Below the pieces are notes generated by a model that saw only the letters and a list, made by a program, of their open reading frames with translations, searched no databases and was not told the DNA's origin. Shown here piece after piece: positions 1-9,594 of a stretch of DNA of 64,000 nt. Source of the stretch: Candidatus Krumholzibacteriota bacterium (GTDB lineage Bacteria; Krumholzibacteriota; Krumholzibacteriia; JAJRXK01). The position numbers and the translations under genes were made by a program. The stretch is from contig CAVXTH010000009.1 in assembly GCA_963764625.1 (NCBI GenBank), positions 768,001 through 832,000 on the forward strand, written 5' to 3'. How positions within the stretch are numbered: position 1 is the first letter of the stretch; each line of letters starts with the position of its first letter.

Positions 1-223
1 GGCTCTTCGCCCAGCGCAGCAGGGCCTTCGAAACCGGTCCCTCGCCCAGAACTTCGGACAGGCCTTCTGCTTCCTCGCGACTCAAGAACAGATACCCGCT
101 GGCGAAGAGTTCTGGCAAAACCCAGAGGTCCACATCATGGGACTCCATGAGTTGCTCGACTTCGTCGAGGTTGCGTTGAATCTCGCCGAACTGTGGGGTG
201 CTTTGCACGATTCCCACTCTCAT
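1..223 (-). CDS. nitrilase/carbon-nitrogen hydrolase family protein (5' part; runs off window)
   Basis: Manual translation MRVGIVQSTPQFGEIQRNLDEVEQLMESHDVDLWVLPELFASGY has the N-terminal Q strand and the LPELF catalytic-Glu motif; ATG overlaps the GT4 stop. Confidence 0.85.
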   Translation of the reverse strand, partial: MRVGIVQSTPQFGEIQRNLDEVEQLMESHDVDLWVLPELFASGYLFLSREEAEGLSEVLGEGPVSKALLRWAKS

Positions 224-1350
224 GTTCGAGCGTCTCCTTGCCGAGAGTCCCGGTACGCGCGTGCGAGGATCTCTTCCATAGTACTCAGCATGGTATCAAG
301 GGAGAGCCTCGCGCGCACGTCGTCGTGTCCCTTCGCGCCCAAATCCTCCCGCAGCACAGGATCATCGATCAGGCGGGCCAGGATCGGGGTCAGGGAGTTG
401 TCGTCTCTAGCGGCGGCGATGAGACCCCCCACGCCGTGGTGCACCACTTCGGGGATACTGCTCGCGCCGTAGGCCGCGACCGGCCGGGACGCTGCCATGG
501 CCTCGGCCAGAACGTACCCGAAGCCCTCGATGAGCGAAGGCAGGACCAAGAAGTCGATCGCCTTCATCCACGCGGGAAGATCCGAGACGAAACCACAGAA
601 GCACACGCGATCACTAAGGTCGAGCTCACCGGCCAGAGTCTTCAGTGCCTCCTCCGCGGGACCTATTCCGGCCAGCACCAGCCGCCAGGGCTTGGCGCGG
701 AGTTCCTCGCCGGCGAGGAGTCGCATGAGAAGATCCACCCGCTTGCGCGGCACCAATTGACCCGCGTAGCCCACGATGATCTCTCCATCCCGCTGCCCAA
801 AGCGGCGCGGCCATTCGCCGGCGCTCGCGTACTCCCAGGGAGCCAGATCGATTCCCTTGTACAGGAGGTCGACTCGCTGTGGCGAGAGCCAGGGTGCCGA
901 GTCAAGAGTGGTGCGTGCGGTGGATTCGCTGTTGACCACCACCCGGTTCGCTACGTGACGGAAGAACCAACGGTATTGGGGGCTCGTCTTGATCGGGTCG
1001 TCGCATTCCCGGCTGTGCACGACCGCGATCCGGCGTCTGGCCAGCTTGGCAGCCAGTCCACTGGTGCGCAGGTCCTTGTCCCGCGTGGTCCACACCACCT
1101 CCACATTCCGGCGGCGCAACTGCCAGGCCAAAGGCAACACGGTCCAGGGCGCGGCGTCGGTCCGCACGCGCGTCGCCATTACCTGAAGGCCGGCGGCGCG
1201 CGCCCGCTCGAGCAGGGGCGTACCGGGATAGCTCTGGACGATGATCTCGTGTCCGCGCCCCGCGAGCCCCACCGCGGCGTCCAACACGAAGCGTTCCGCG
1301 CCGGCCCACAGCCGGATGGTGTTGGAGAGGAGAATGCGCAGAGGAATCAT
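220..1350 (-). CDS. glycosyltransferase family 4
   Basis: GAER, AGQLVPRKR, LPSLIEGFGYVLAEAMA motifs; start trimmed to MIPLRILL. Confidence 0.9.
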   Translation of the reverse strand: MIPLRILLSNTIRLWAGAERFVLDAAVGLAGRGHEIIVQSYPGTPLLERARAAGLQVMATRVRTDAAPWTVLPLAWQLRRRNVEVVWTTRDKDLRTSGLAAKLARRRIAVVHSRECDDPIKTSPQYRWFFRHVANRVVVNSESTARTTLDSAPWLSPQRVDLLYKGIDLAPWEYASAGEWPRRFGQRDGEIIVGYAGQLVPRKRVDLLMRLLAGEELRAKPWRLVLAGIGPAEEALKTLAGELDLSDRVCFCGFVSDLPAWMKAIDFLVLPSLIEGFGYVLAEAMAASRPVAAYGASSIPEVVHHGVGGLIAAARDDNSLTPILARLIDDPVLREDLGAKGHDDVRARLSLDTMLSTMEEILARAYRDSRQGDART

Positions 1351-1629
1351 GAGCCGAAACGTCGCCTCTGGGATGGGGGTTGCTCCTGTGACTCGCCGGA
1401 CCCAGTCTAGAGACCCGCACGGAGCGGTCAAGCGAGACCCCGGCCCGAGGTCTTTTCCTCTCAGTGGTCGCGGGCACACGGCGTCGCAGGGACCGTCGCG
1501 CCCGGGCGCCGCCGAGCCTATCTTCTTGCAGCGCTGTCTGGCTCCCGCAGCCTGCGGCAGCACCGTGCACGTGTTCCCCCGCACAACTCACTCTGTGGAA
1601 ACGGTTTAGAGCCGGGAGAGGATCGTTCC

Positions 1630-2340
1630 ATGCTGACGAAGCGCACCGCCAAAGAGCGCGGCCAGGCCGAACACGGTTGGCTCCATTCACGCTTCACCTT
1701 CTCCTTCGCGGACTACTTCGACCCAGAGCACATGGGGTTTCACGCGCTTCGGGTGATCAACGACGACATCATTCAACCCGCCACCGGCTTCGGCACCCAC
1801 GGCCACCAGGACATGGAGATCGTCACCTACGTGCTGGACGGGGCGCTGCAGCACAAGGACAGCCAGGGCAACGGAGGCATCTTGCGCACCCACGATGTCC
1901 AGCGCATGAGCGCGGGACGGGGCATTCGACACAGTGAGTTCAATGCGTCGAAGGACGAGCGCCTGCGCCTATTGCAGATCTGGATCCACCCAGAAGAGCG
2001 TGGCCTTCAGCCCGGCTACGAGGACAGAAACTTTCCTGAGGAACAAAAACGAGGACGCCTCTGCGTTCTCGCCAGCCGCGATGAACGCGACGGCTCGCTG
2101 AAGATCCACCAGGATGCCACCGTGTACGCCTCTATCTTGAAGGGCGACGAAAGCGTCGAACACTCGCTCGGCGACAAGCGGGTGGCTTGGCTGCAAGTCG
2201 CGCGGGGCAAATTCGAGGTGAACGGGCTCGAACTCGAAGAGGGCGACGGTCTCGCGGTCGAGCACGAGGGACGACTCCTCATCAAGGGTCGCGGGGATGG
2301 AGGCGAGTTCTTGCTCTTCGATCTCCGTGAAGAATCGTGA
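1630..2340 (+). CDS. pirin family protein (YhhW-like)
   Basis: HGWLHSRFTFSFADY, GFGTHGHQDMEI, MSAGRGIRHSE, LLQIW. Confidence 0.95.
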   Translation: MLTKRTAKERGQAEHGWLHSRFTFSFADYFDPEHMGFHALRVINDDIIQPATGFGTHGHQDMEIVTYVLDGALQHKDSQGNGGILRTHDVQRMSAGRGIRHSEFNASKDERLRLLQIWIHPEERGLQPGYEDRNFPEEQKRGRLCVLASRDERDGSLKIHQDATVYASILKGDESVEHSLGDKRVAWLQVARGKFEVNGLELEEGDGLAVEHEGRLLIKGRGDGGEFLLFDLREES

Positions 2341-2437
2341 GGAATCCATCCTTGGCTCTTCTGAGGGTGAGGCCCTAGACTGAATCAGTGACTGTCGATC
2401 GCTCCGATTCCCTCTCGCATTTCCTTCGACCAGGAGT

Positions 2438-4159
2438 ATGCCCATGAGCGAGACCACGCACGAGAGTCTGCCCGTCGACGTTCTCTTCGTGGGAGCCGGT
2501 CCGGCCAACCTCGTGGGGGCCTACCACTTGGCCAAGCTCGTGGCCGCGCACAACCAAACGGCGCAGACCAAGATCGAGCCGATGATCGCCATTATCGAGA
2601 AATCCAACGAGGTGGGCGATCACATCCTCAGCGGAGCCGTACTCGACCCCAGAGCGCTCCGCGAGATCTTCCCCGACTTTGCGCAGGCGGCCCCCTTCCA
2701 CACGCCGGTGAGCAAGGAGAGGCTGCTCTTTTTGACTGAGAGTCGTGCGCTCAAGGCGCCCATCATTCCCAAGCCCATGGACAACCACGGAAACTACGTG
2801 GTGAGTCTTTCTGATCTCACCAAGTGGCTGGCGGAGAAGGTGGGCGAGATGGGAGTGCAGATCTTCTGCGGATTTCCCGGCAGCAGCATGCTCTACGCTG
2901 AGGACGGCGCGGTGATCGGGGTACGCACTGGCGACAAAGGCGTCGACAAGGAGGGCAACCACAAGGCCAACTTCGAGGCTGGAGTGGATCTGCTGGCGAA
3001 GGTGACGGTTCTGGGGGAGGGCAGCCGGGGCAGCCTGTGCAAGCAGCTCTTCGCCGACAAAGAGATGTACTCCGCGACGCATCCCATGGTCTACGGCATT
3101 GGGGTCAAGGAACTGTGGGAGGTCCCCGCCGGTCGCATGACCAAGGGAGAAGTCGTGCACACCATGGGTTTCCCCCTCAAGCGGGAGGAGTACGGCGGCT
3201 CCTTTCTCTATGCGGTGAGCGAAACCGAGTTGAGCTTGGGCCTGGTCATCGGGCTGGACTACCGCGATCCCTTCCTCGATGCGCACGCGCGTCTGCAGAA
3301 GCTCAAGACCCACCCCACCTTTCGGCGCATTCTGGAAGGCGGCAAGCTCTTGAAGTACGGCGCGGCCACCCTGCCCGAGGGCGGCTACTACACCATGCCC
3401 AAGCTCTATCATGACGGAGTGATGGTGGTGGGAGACTCGGCCTCCTTTCTCAATGGGATGCGGCTGAAGGGAATTCACTTGGCCATGAAGAGCGGGATGC
3501 TAGCTGCGGAAACCGCACTCGAGGCCTTGGTCCAAGGCAATAGCAGCCAGAAAGTACTCGCAGGCTACCGGAAGCGATTCGAGGCCAGCTGGGCCCACGA
3601 AGAACTCTTCAAGACCCGAAACTTCCATCAGGCCTTCCAGGGAGGGCTTTGGTCGGGACTCTTTCACGCCGGTCTCCAGATGATCAGCGGCGGTCGTGGT
3701 CTTCACGATCCATGGCCCGCACCCGCCGGGCACGAGCACCTGCGCACCGTCAGCGAGTACTACGGCAAGCCCTACGCCGACACGGCGGACACTCAGGGAG
3801 CCGTCCCGGAGGAGGCTTCGTACGACGGGAAGCTCACCTTCGACAAGCTCACCTGCGTCTACCATTCCGACACGGGACACGAGGAGAACCAGCCCTGCCA
3901 CCTGCGGGTGCGGGATCTGAATCTCTGTCACGATCGCTGCACCTGGGAGTACGGCAATCCCTGTCAGCATTTTTGTCCCGCGGGAGTCTACGAGTGGCTC
4001 GCGATAGCGGAGCCGGACGAGAACGGTCGCCGCTACGAGTTCAATCTCAACCCCGCGAATTGCGTCCACTGCAAGACCTGCGACATCATGGATCCCTACC
4101 AGATCATCGATTGGGTCACGCCCGAAGGCGGAGGAGGGCCGCATTTCAGCAAGATGTAG
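2438..4159 (+). CDS. electron transfer flavoprotein-quinone oxidoreductase
   Basis: VGAGPA FAD motif, HILSGA, KGIHLAMKSG, C-terminal FCPAGVYE...NCVHCKTCDI 4Fe-4S motif. Confidence 0.95.
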   Translation: MPMSETTHESLPVDVLFVGAGPANLVGAYHLAKLVAAHNQTAQTKIEPMIAIIEKSNEVGDHILSGAVLDPRALREIFPDFAQAAPFHTPVSKERLLFLTESRALKAPIIPKPMDNHGNYVVSLSDLTKWLAEKVGEMGVQIFCGFPGSSMLYAEDGAVIGVRTGDKGVDKEGNHKANFEAGVDLLAKVTVLGEGSRGSLCKQLFADKEMYSATHPMVYGIGVKELWEVPAGRMTKGEVVHTMGFPLKREEYGGSFLYAVSETELSLGLVIGLDYRDPFLDAHARLQKLKTHPTFRRILEGGKLLKYGAATLPEGGYYTMPKLYHDGVMVVGDSASFLNGMRLKGIHLAMKSGMLAAETALEALVQGNSSQKVLAGYRKRFEASWAHEELFKTRNFHQAFQGGLWSGLFHAGLQMISGGRGLHDPWPAPAGHEHLRTVSEYYGKPYADTADTQGAVPEEASYDGKLTFDKLTCVYHSDTGHEENQPCHLRVRDLNLCHDRCTWEYGNPCQHFCPAGVYEWLAIAEPDENGRRYEFNLNPANCVHCKTCDIMDPYQIIDWVTPEGGGGPHFSKM

Positions 4160-4267
4160 GCAACTCGCAGGGCCCAAGGCGCCCGGGCCGCGGTGCATCC
4201 TTTCCCTTAGTGGTGAAGTCAACGCGTTGGCTGGCGCAACGGACAGCGAGGGCCTAAGCTACGTCTC

Positions 4268-4687
4268 ATGAGTGACGCGGCGCCTCTTCTCGTACTCCTG
4301 TGCCATTCGGGCGCTTGGGACCGGCTCTACCAGGCCTTCAGCGCCGCTGCCTCCGCCAGCGCGGTCGGACAAGAAGTCGTCCTGGTGTTCTTCTTCCAGG
4401 CGCTGCGCAAGCTGGTCGAGCAGCGCCTCGACGAAGTCTCGGGCCCGTCTGAGGGCCCATGGTACGCGGAGCTCGAGGAGCGTGCTCGAGAAGCGGGTAC
4501 CACCCCACCGAGCGAGCTATTGGCACTGGCGCGCAAGAGCGAGAGGACGCGCGTCTTGGCCTGCAGCGCTTCGGTGAAGCTCATGGGTAGCCAGCACCAA
4601 AGAGTAGCGGAACTGGTGGACGAGATCGTTGGGTGGCCAACCGTGACCTCTATCATGAGCCGAGCGACCCAGGTGCTCTACATCTGA
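4268..4687 (+). CDS. DsrE/DsrF/DrsH-like family protein
   Basis: Size and pattern (VVLVFFFQAL, VLACSAS conserved Cys, VDEIVG, VLYI C-terminus). Confidence 0.7.
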   Translation: MSDAAPLLVLLCHSGAWDRLYQAFSAAASASAVGQEVVLVFFFQALRKLVEQRLDEVSGPSEGPWYAELEERAREAGTTPPSELLALARKSERTRVLACSASVKLMGSQHQRVAELVDEIVGWPTVTSIMSRATQVLYI

Positions 4688-4701
4688 GGCTGAGGAAAAC
4701 C

Positions 4702-5736
4702 GTGGCAAACGAACTGGCATCGCCCATCCGAGCTCGCCCGAGCCTGAACGACAAGCGCCGCGCCGTGCGGGCGATCTTCGAGTCGGCGCATGCCGTGCTC
4801 TCTCCGATGGCGGGAGTGACTGATCGGATGTTCCGTGCCCTCTGCGCGCGGCACGGGGCGGACGTGACCTACTGCGAATTCGTGAGCGCCAACGGCGTCC
4901 TCCACGGCAATCCGGCGAGTTTCGATCTGATGGAGCTGGGGGAGAACGAACACCCCGTCGGCATCCAGCTCTTCGGCAGCGATCCGGGCATTCTGGCCGA
5001 GGCCGCGCGTACCGCGGAGAAAGTGGGACCGGACATCATCGATCTCAACTTCGGTTGTCCGGTGAAGAAGGTCGTGAAGCGCAACGGCGGTTCCGCTCTG
5101 CTCTGCAATGTTCCCCTGATGCAGGAAATCGTGGAAGCGGTGGTACTGGCCGTCTCTCTTCCGGTGACGGCGAAGATTCGCACCGGCTGGAGCCGCGATC
5201 AGCTCAACTACCTCGAGGTGACGAAAATGCTGGAGGAGGTCGGTGTCTGCGCCATCACGGTCCACGGTCGCACGCGCGACCAGCTCTTTACGGGCAGCGC
5301 CGATTGGGAGCCGATCGCTCAGATGGTGGAGATTGCGAGCGTTCCCATCATCGGCAACGGTGATGTGGTGTGCGGCGACGATTACTTTCGAATGAAGAGA
5401 GAGACTGGTTGCGAAGCGGTGATGATCGCGCGGGGAGCCATCGGCAATCCCTTCGTGTTCGAGGAGATCCGCGCCCGCGAGGAGGGCACTTCCTGGTCTC
5501 CTCCCAGCGTGTCGCGGATCATCGACGTGATGATCGAGCATCTCGACCAGGAAATCGCGCTCAAGGGAGCGCACACGGGAATGATGCGCATGCGCAAGCA
5601 CTTCTCGCACTACCTCAAGGGACATGCGGGGGCGAGCGGTCTGCGCAAGCTGGTCTACCTGGAAACCGAGAGGGACAGAGTCGTTGACCTCCTGCTGGAG
5701 TACCGCGCCTTGAACGGTGAGGAGAGAGTGGCATGA
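4702..5736 (+). CDS. dusB: tRNA dihydrouridine synthase DusB
   Basis: SPMAGVTD, DLNFGCP, KIRTG, VHGRT, GNGD; GTG start after GAGG. Confidence 0.9.
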   Translation: MANELASPIRARPSLNDKRRAVRAIFESAHAVLSPMAGVTDRMFRALCARHGADVTYCEFVSANGVLHGNPASFDLMELGENEHPVGIQLFGSDPGILAEAARTAEKVGPDIIDLNFGCPVKKVVKRNGGSALLCNVPLMQEIVEAVVLAVSLPVTAKIRTGWSRDQLNYLEVTKMLEEVGVCAITVHGRTRDQLFTGSADWEPIAQMVEIASVPIIGNGDVVCGDDYFRMKRETGCEAVMIARGAIGNPFVFEEIRAREEGTSWSPPSVSRIIDVMIEHLDQEIALKGAHTGMMRMRKHFSHYLKGHAGASGLRKLVYLETERDRVVDLLLEYRALNGEERVA

Positions 5737-6482
5737 GAGCAAAGCTCCTCATCGTATCCCTGTCGCTGCTCGTGATCTTCGCCGCCGCTTGCGGCCGGGG
5801 ACCTTCCACCGACTACGAAGACGTGAGCGGCGACACCTGGATGGAGTACACGGTCCAGCCCTCGCAGTCGTGGCGCTCGATCGCCGAGGATTTCTTCGGC
5901 GGGGGCGAGAATGCCGCGCGCATCGCCAGCGACAATGGAGCGGACTTGTCGACTCCACCGCGCGAGGGGCAGAAACTCCGCATCCGGATTCGCCAAAACG
6001 AGCTGGATCTGGTGCGCCGCCTGGCGTCCGCTCGGGAGCCCTACAACGCCGGGGTCGCCTATCACGAGGCCCAGGACTACCAGAACGCGGTGAAAGCGTT
6101 CCGCGAGGCCCTGCACCGGGCTCCGGAATTCGTGGATGCGCGCTACAATCTGGGCCTGGCGCTTCTGAAGCTCGGACGACCTCAGGAGGCGGCGGATCAG
6201 CTCGCGCCGGTGGTGGCGGCGCGAATCGACGACAAGGATGCTCATTACGGTCTGGCCTCGACATACTTTCATCTGGGGGCCTACCCCCAGGCGGCCGAGG
6301 AGCTTCGCGAGGCCTTGCGGCTGGACGAAGGATTCTTGCGCGCGCGCTACACCCTCGCCCTCGCGTTGGAGCGGATGGGTGACTCCCAGGGAGCCAGGGA
6401 AGCATGGGAGTCCTATCTGCGTCTCGATTCGAGCAGCGCCTGGGCGAAAGAGGCGAAGACTCACCTGGAGACCTTGCCTTGA
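5733..6482 (+). CDS. lipoprotein with LysM-like domain and TPR repeats
   Basis: Signal and lipobox FAAAC; YTVQPSQSWRSIA LysM-like; about 4 TPR motifs. Confidence 0.75.
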   Translation: MRAKLLIVSLSLLVIFAAACGRGPSTDYEDVSGDTWMEYTVQPSQSWRSIAEDFFGGGENAARIASDNGADLSTPPREGQKLRIRIRQNELDLVRRLASAREPYNAGVAYHEAQDYQNAVKAFREALHRAPEFVDARYNLGLALLKLGRPQEAADQLAPVVAARIDDKDAHYGLASTYFHLGAYPQAAEELREALRLDEGFLRARYTLALALERMGDSQGAREAWESYLRLDSSSAWAKEAKTHLETLP

Positions 6483-6553
6483 ACGAGCCATTGCACTAGC
6501 ATGGGTCGACCGCCCCACCGGCGGTGGCACTTACGATCGCGAGTAGAATTCTG

Positions 6554-6586
6554 TCCTTTAAGCGGATCCCGTGAGGTCCAAAAGGA
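6554..6586 (+). promoter_or_regulatory. PyrR-binding RNA stem-loop
   Basis: TCCTTTAAGCGGATCCCGTGAGGTCCAAAAGGA matches the PyrR binding-loop consensus (CUUUAA..RUCCNGNGAGGY..AAGG); lies upstream of pyrR. Confidence 0.85.
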
Positions 6587-6620
6587 TGGCGGAAATGGCT
6601 GGTCTTCGAGTTTGGAGCGC

Positions 6621-6648
6621 ACCCCACCGCATGGCGGCGGGGTTTTTT
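6621..6648 (+). terminator. intrinsic attenuator terminator of the pyr leader
   Basis: ACCCCACCGC-ATG-GCGGCGGGGT hairpin followed by a T run, downstream of the PyrR site. Confidence 0.85.
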
Positions 6649-6737
6649 CATGTCCAGGGCCCGCCTCGCTCGAGCCTCGAGCATGGCCCCATCCAACGGG
6701 GCCCAGCCCTCTTCGCAACTGCAACGATGGGAGAGAG

Positions 6738-7289
6738 ATGAGCTTCCACGAGAAGGCCACGATCATGGACGCTCAGCGCATGCGCCGGGCCCTAACCCGA
6801 ATCGCGCTGGAAATCGTCGAGAAGAACAAGGGAACCGATGGGATCGTCCTGGTGGGAATCCAGCGGCGAGGAGTGAATTTGGCGGCGGCGATCGCGCGCG
6901 CCATCGCAAAGAACGAAGGCAGCGAGCCCGAGATGGGCACGCTGGACATTACTTTCTATCGAGACGATCTGAGCACCCTGGGGCCGGTGCCACGAGTGGG
7001 GCACACCGATATCGGCTTCGACATCAACGACAAGACGGTGATTCTGGTCGACGACGTGCTCTACACCGGACGGACGGTGCGGGCGGCGCTGGACGAACTC
7101 ATGGATTTCGGACGGGCCCGCAGAATCGAGTTGGCCGTTCTCATCGATCGAGGTCACCGAGAGCTGCCCATTCGCCCCGACTTCGTGGGCAAGAACGTCC
7201 CGACCTCCAAGAAGGAGGTCATCAAGGTGATGGTGCAGGAGCTCGACGGCCGCGAGTGCGTGGTCGTCGGAGAAATCATGGATGACTGA
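6738..7289 (+). CDS. pyrR: bifunctional pyr regulator / uracil phosphoribosyltransferase PyrR
   Basis: [38 protein letters not shown]. Confidence 0.97.
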   Translation: MSFHEKATIMDAQRMRRALTRIALEIVEKNKGTDGIVLVGIQRRGVNLAAAIARAIAKNEGSEPEMGTLDITFYRDDLSTLGPVPRVGHTDIGFDINDKTVILVDDVLYTGRTVRAALDELMDFGRARRIELAVLIDRGHRELPIRPDFVGKNVPTSKKEVIKVMVQELDGRECVVVGEIMDD

Positions 7290-8235
7290 AATGCTCAGAA
7301 GCAAAGACTTGCTCGATCTGGAGAGTCTTACCGCCGCCGAGATCAAACTCATCCTCGACACCGGCGAATCGTTTCTCGCGGTGATGCGAAGGCCCATTCC
7401 CAAGGTCCCCATTCTGCGCGACAAGACTATTCTGAATCTCTTCTTCGAGAACAGCACTCGAACCCGGATCTCCTTCGAGTTGGCCGAGAAGCGGCTCAGT
7501 GCTGACGTCATCAACTTCTCGGCCTCGACCTCTTCTTTGAGCAAAGGAGAGACGCTCAAGGATACGGTGGACAACATCCTCGCGATGCGCGCCGACATGG
7601 TGGTCATGCGGCATTCCGCGTCCGGAGCCGCGCGCTATCTCGCCGATCGGGTTCCGGTGGGAGTGGTGAACGCCGGCGATGGAACGCACGAGCACCCCAC
7701 CCAGGGTCTTCTGGATCTTTTGACCATGCGGCAGAAGATGGGCTCTCTGCAGGGGAAGCGGGTGGTCGTGGTGGGAGACATTCTCCACAGCCGGGTCGCG
7801 CGATCGAACCTGTGGGGTCTCACGAAGCTGGGAGCGAAAGTGACGTTGTGTGGCCCGCCGCCGATGATTCCCGCGGAAGCCGAACAGCTCGGATGCGAGG
7901 TGGATTACGACCTGCGCCACGCGGTGCGTGACGCCGACGCGATCAACGTCCTGCGAATTCAGCTCGAACGGCAATTGGTGCAGACCTTTCCCAGCAACCG
8001 GGAGTACGCGCGCAGCTATCGGGTCGACGAGAGTGTCATGGCCCTCACGAAAGATTCCTGTTTCGTCTTGCACCCGGGGCCGATGAACCGCGAGGTCGAA
8101 ATCACTTCCGCCGTGGCGGATGGTCCGCGGCAGGTGATTCTCGATCAGGTCACCAACGGGGTGGCGGTTCGGATGGCGGTCATCTATCTGCTCTCCGGTG
8201 GAGCACCGCAGAGTCTGGGAGAGAACCTGAACTGA
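7282..8235 (+). CDS. pyrB: aspartate carbamoyltransferase catalytic subunit
   Basis: [24 protein letters not shown]. Confidence 0.97.
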   Translation: MTEMLRSKDLLDLESLTAAEIKLILDTGESFLAVMRRPIPKVPILRDKTILNLFFENSTRTRISFELAEKRLSADVINFSASTSSLSKGETLKDTVDNILAMRADMVVMRHSASGAARYLADRVPVGVVNAGDGTHEHPTQGLLDLLTMRQKMGSLQGKRVVVVGDILHSRVARSNLWGLTKLGAKVTLCGPPPMIPAEAEQLGCEVDYDLRHAVRDADAINVLRIQLERQLVQTFPSNREYARSYRVDESVMALTKDSCFVLHPGPMNREVEITSAVADGPRQVILDQVTNGVAVRMAVIYLLSGGAPQSLGENLN

Positions 8236-8259
8236 TCTCTGTTGTACGAGGATCTGGGC

Positions 8260-9594
8260 ATGAATGCAGAAATACGAAAGACCGAAAGACGAGACGTCCG
8301 GCGCGTCATCGAAAACGTTCGCGTCGTGGATCCGTCCCGTGGACTCGACGATACCGGCCACCTCGTGTGCGAAGGGGGCCTGATTCTGGAGTGCGACGAG
8401 GGTCCGGCGCCCAGTGAGCTCGTCGGCAAGGGTACGGACACCATCGACGCCCGGGGCCTCCTGCTCACTCCGGGCCTGTGGGACGTGCACGTGCATTTCC
8501 GAGAGCCGGGACAGGAGGACAAGGAGACCATCGCCACCGGAAGCAGCGCGGCCGCCGCGGGCGGATTCACCGACGTGGTGACGATGCCCAATACCGTCCC
8601 GGTGGTGGATACCTCGGGTACGGTCACGTTCATTGTGAGGAAAGCCCAGGAGGCCGGACTCTGCAGCGTGCATCCCACCGGCGCCATCAGCGCGGGACTG
8701 AAGAGCGAGAGCATGGTGGAATACGGGGACCTCGTCGACGCGGGGGCGGTGGGATTCACCGACGACGGGCGGCCGGTGGAGGACGGGAGCCTGATGCGCC
8801 ACGCCATGGAGTACAGTCGGATCCTGGGAGTGCCCATCATTACGCACGCCGAGGACCTGAGCCTGTCGGCACACGGCGTGATGCACGAGGGTTCGTGGAG
8901 CACCAGACTCGGGCTGAGGGGGATTCCCTACGCGGCGGAGGTGGCCTGCATCGCACGCGATCTCGAACTGGCTCGTCTCACCGGAGCCCACCTGCACGTG
9001 GCCCACGTCAGCAGCCGTCGAGCAGTGAATCTCCTCCGCCGGGCCAAGGAAGAAGGAATCACGGTCACTGCGGAAACCGCTCCCCACTTTCTCGACCTGA
9101 CTGACGCGGACTGCGCCGAATACGATCCGCGCTTCAAGATGAATCCGCCTCTTCGGACTGTCGACGACCAGGAGGCTCTCGTCGAGGCTCTCCTGGACGG
9201 AACCCTGGATTGCATTGCCACCGACCACGCGCCCCACACCCCAAGCGAAAAGAACCGCCCCTTCGCCGAGGCGCCCTTTGGCGTGATCGGCCTGGAGACC
9301 TCCTTCGCGGTCAGCCACGACCGACTGGTGCGGCGCGGACCCATGGACATGGCCAAACTGGTGGAGTTGATGTCCACCGCCGGTGCGCGTATCATGGGAC
9401 TGTCCGGTGGCTCGCTGGCCCCGGGCAGTCGCAGCGACTTCACCCTGATCGACCCGGAAGAGACCTGGACTCCGCAAATCAAGGATCTGCGGAGCAAAGG
9501 GCGAAACTGTCCCTGGCTGGGACACAGCCTGACCGGCCGGGTGATCGCCACCCACCGGGGAACGGATTTCACCTACCGTCGTCAGAACGGGTGA
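8260..9594 (+). CDS. pyrC: dihydroorotase
   Basis: DVHVHFREPG, MPNT, KMNPPLR, ATDHAPH. Confidence 0.95.
   Translation: MNAEIRKTERRDVRRVIENVRVVDPSRGLDDTGHLVCEGGLILECDEGPAPSELVGKGTDTIDARGLLLTPGLWDVHVHFREPGQEDKETIATGSSAAAAGGFTDVVTMPNTVPVVDTSGTVTFIVRKAQEAGLCSVHPTGAISAGLKSESMVEYGDLVDAGAVGFTDDGRPVEDGSLMRHAMEYSRILGVPIITHAEDLSLSAHGVMHEGSWSTRLGLRGIPYAAEVACIARDLELARLTGAHLHVAHVSSRRAVNLLRRAKEEGITVTAETAPHFLDLTDADCAEYDPRFKMNPPLRTVDDQEALVEALLDGTLDCIATDHAPHTPSEKNRPFAEAPFGVIGLETSFAVSHDRLVRRGPMDMAKLVELMSTAGARIMGLSGGSLAPGSRSDFTLIDPEETWTPQIKDLRSKGRNCPWLGHSLTGRVIATHRGTDFTYRRQNG

Noticed and set aside
6525-6540. TGGCAC...GC sigma54-like element upstream of the pyr leader
   Set aside because: GG-to-GC spacing is 11 nt rather than 10, and there is no TTGC
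7276-9555. 759-aa minus-strand ORF (and similar long shadow ORFs such as 14512..15900, 25306..26514, 39255..40676)
   Set aside because: Antisense to well-supported genes; expected from GC-rich codon bias; no motifs
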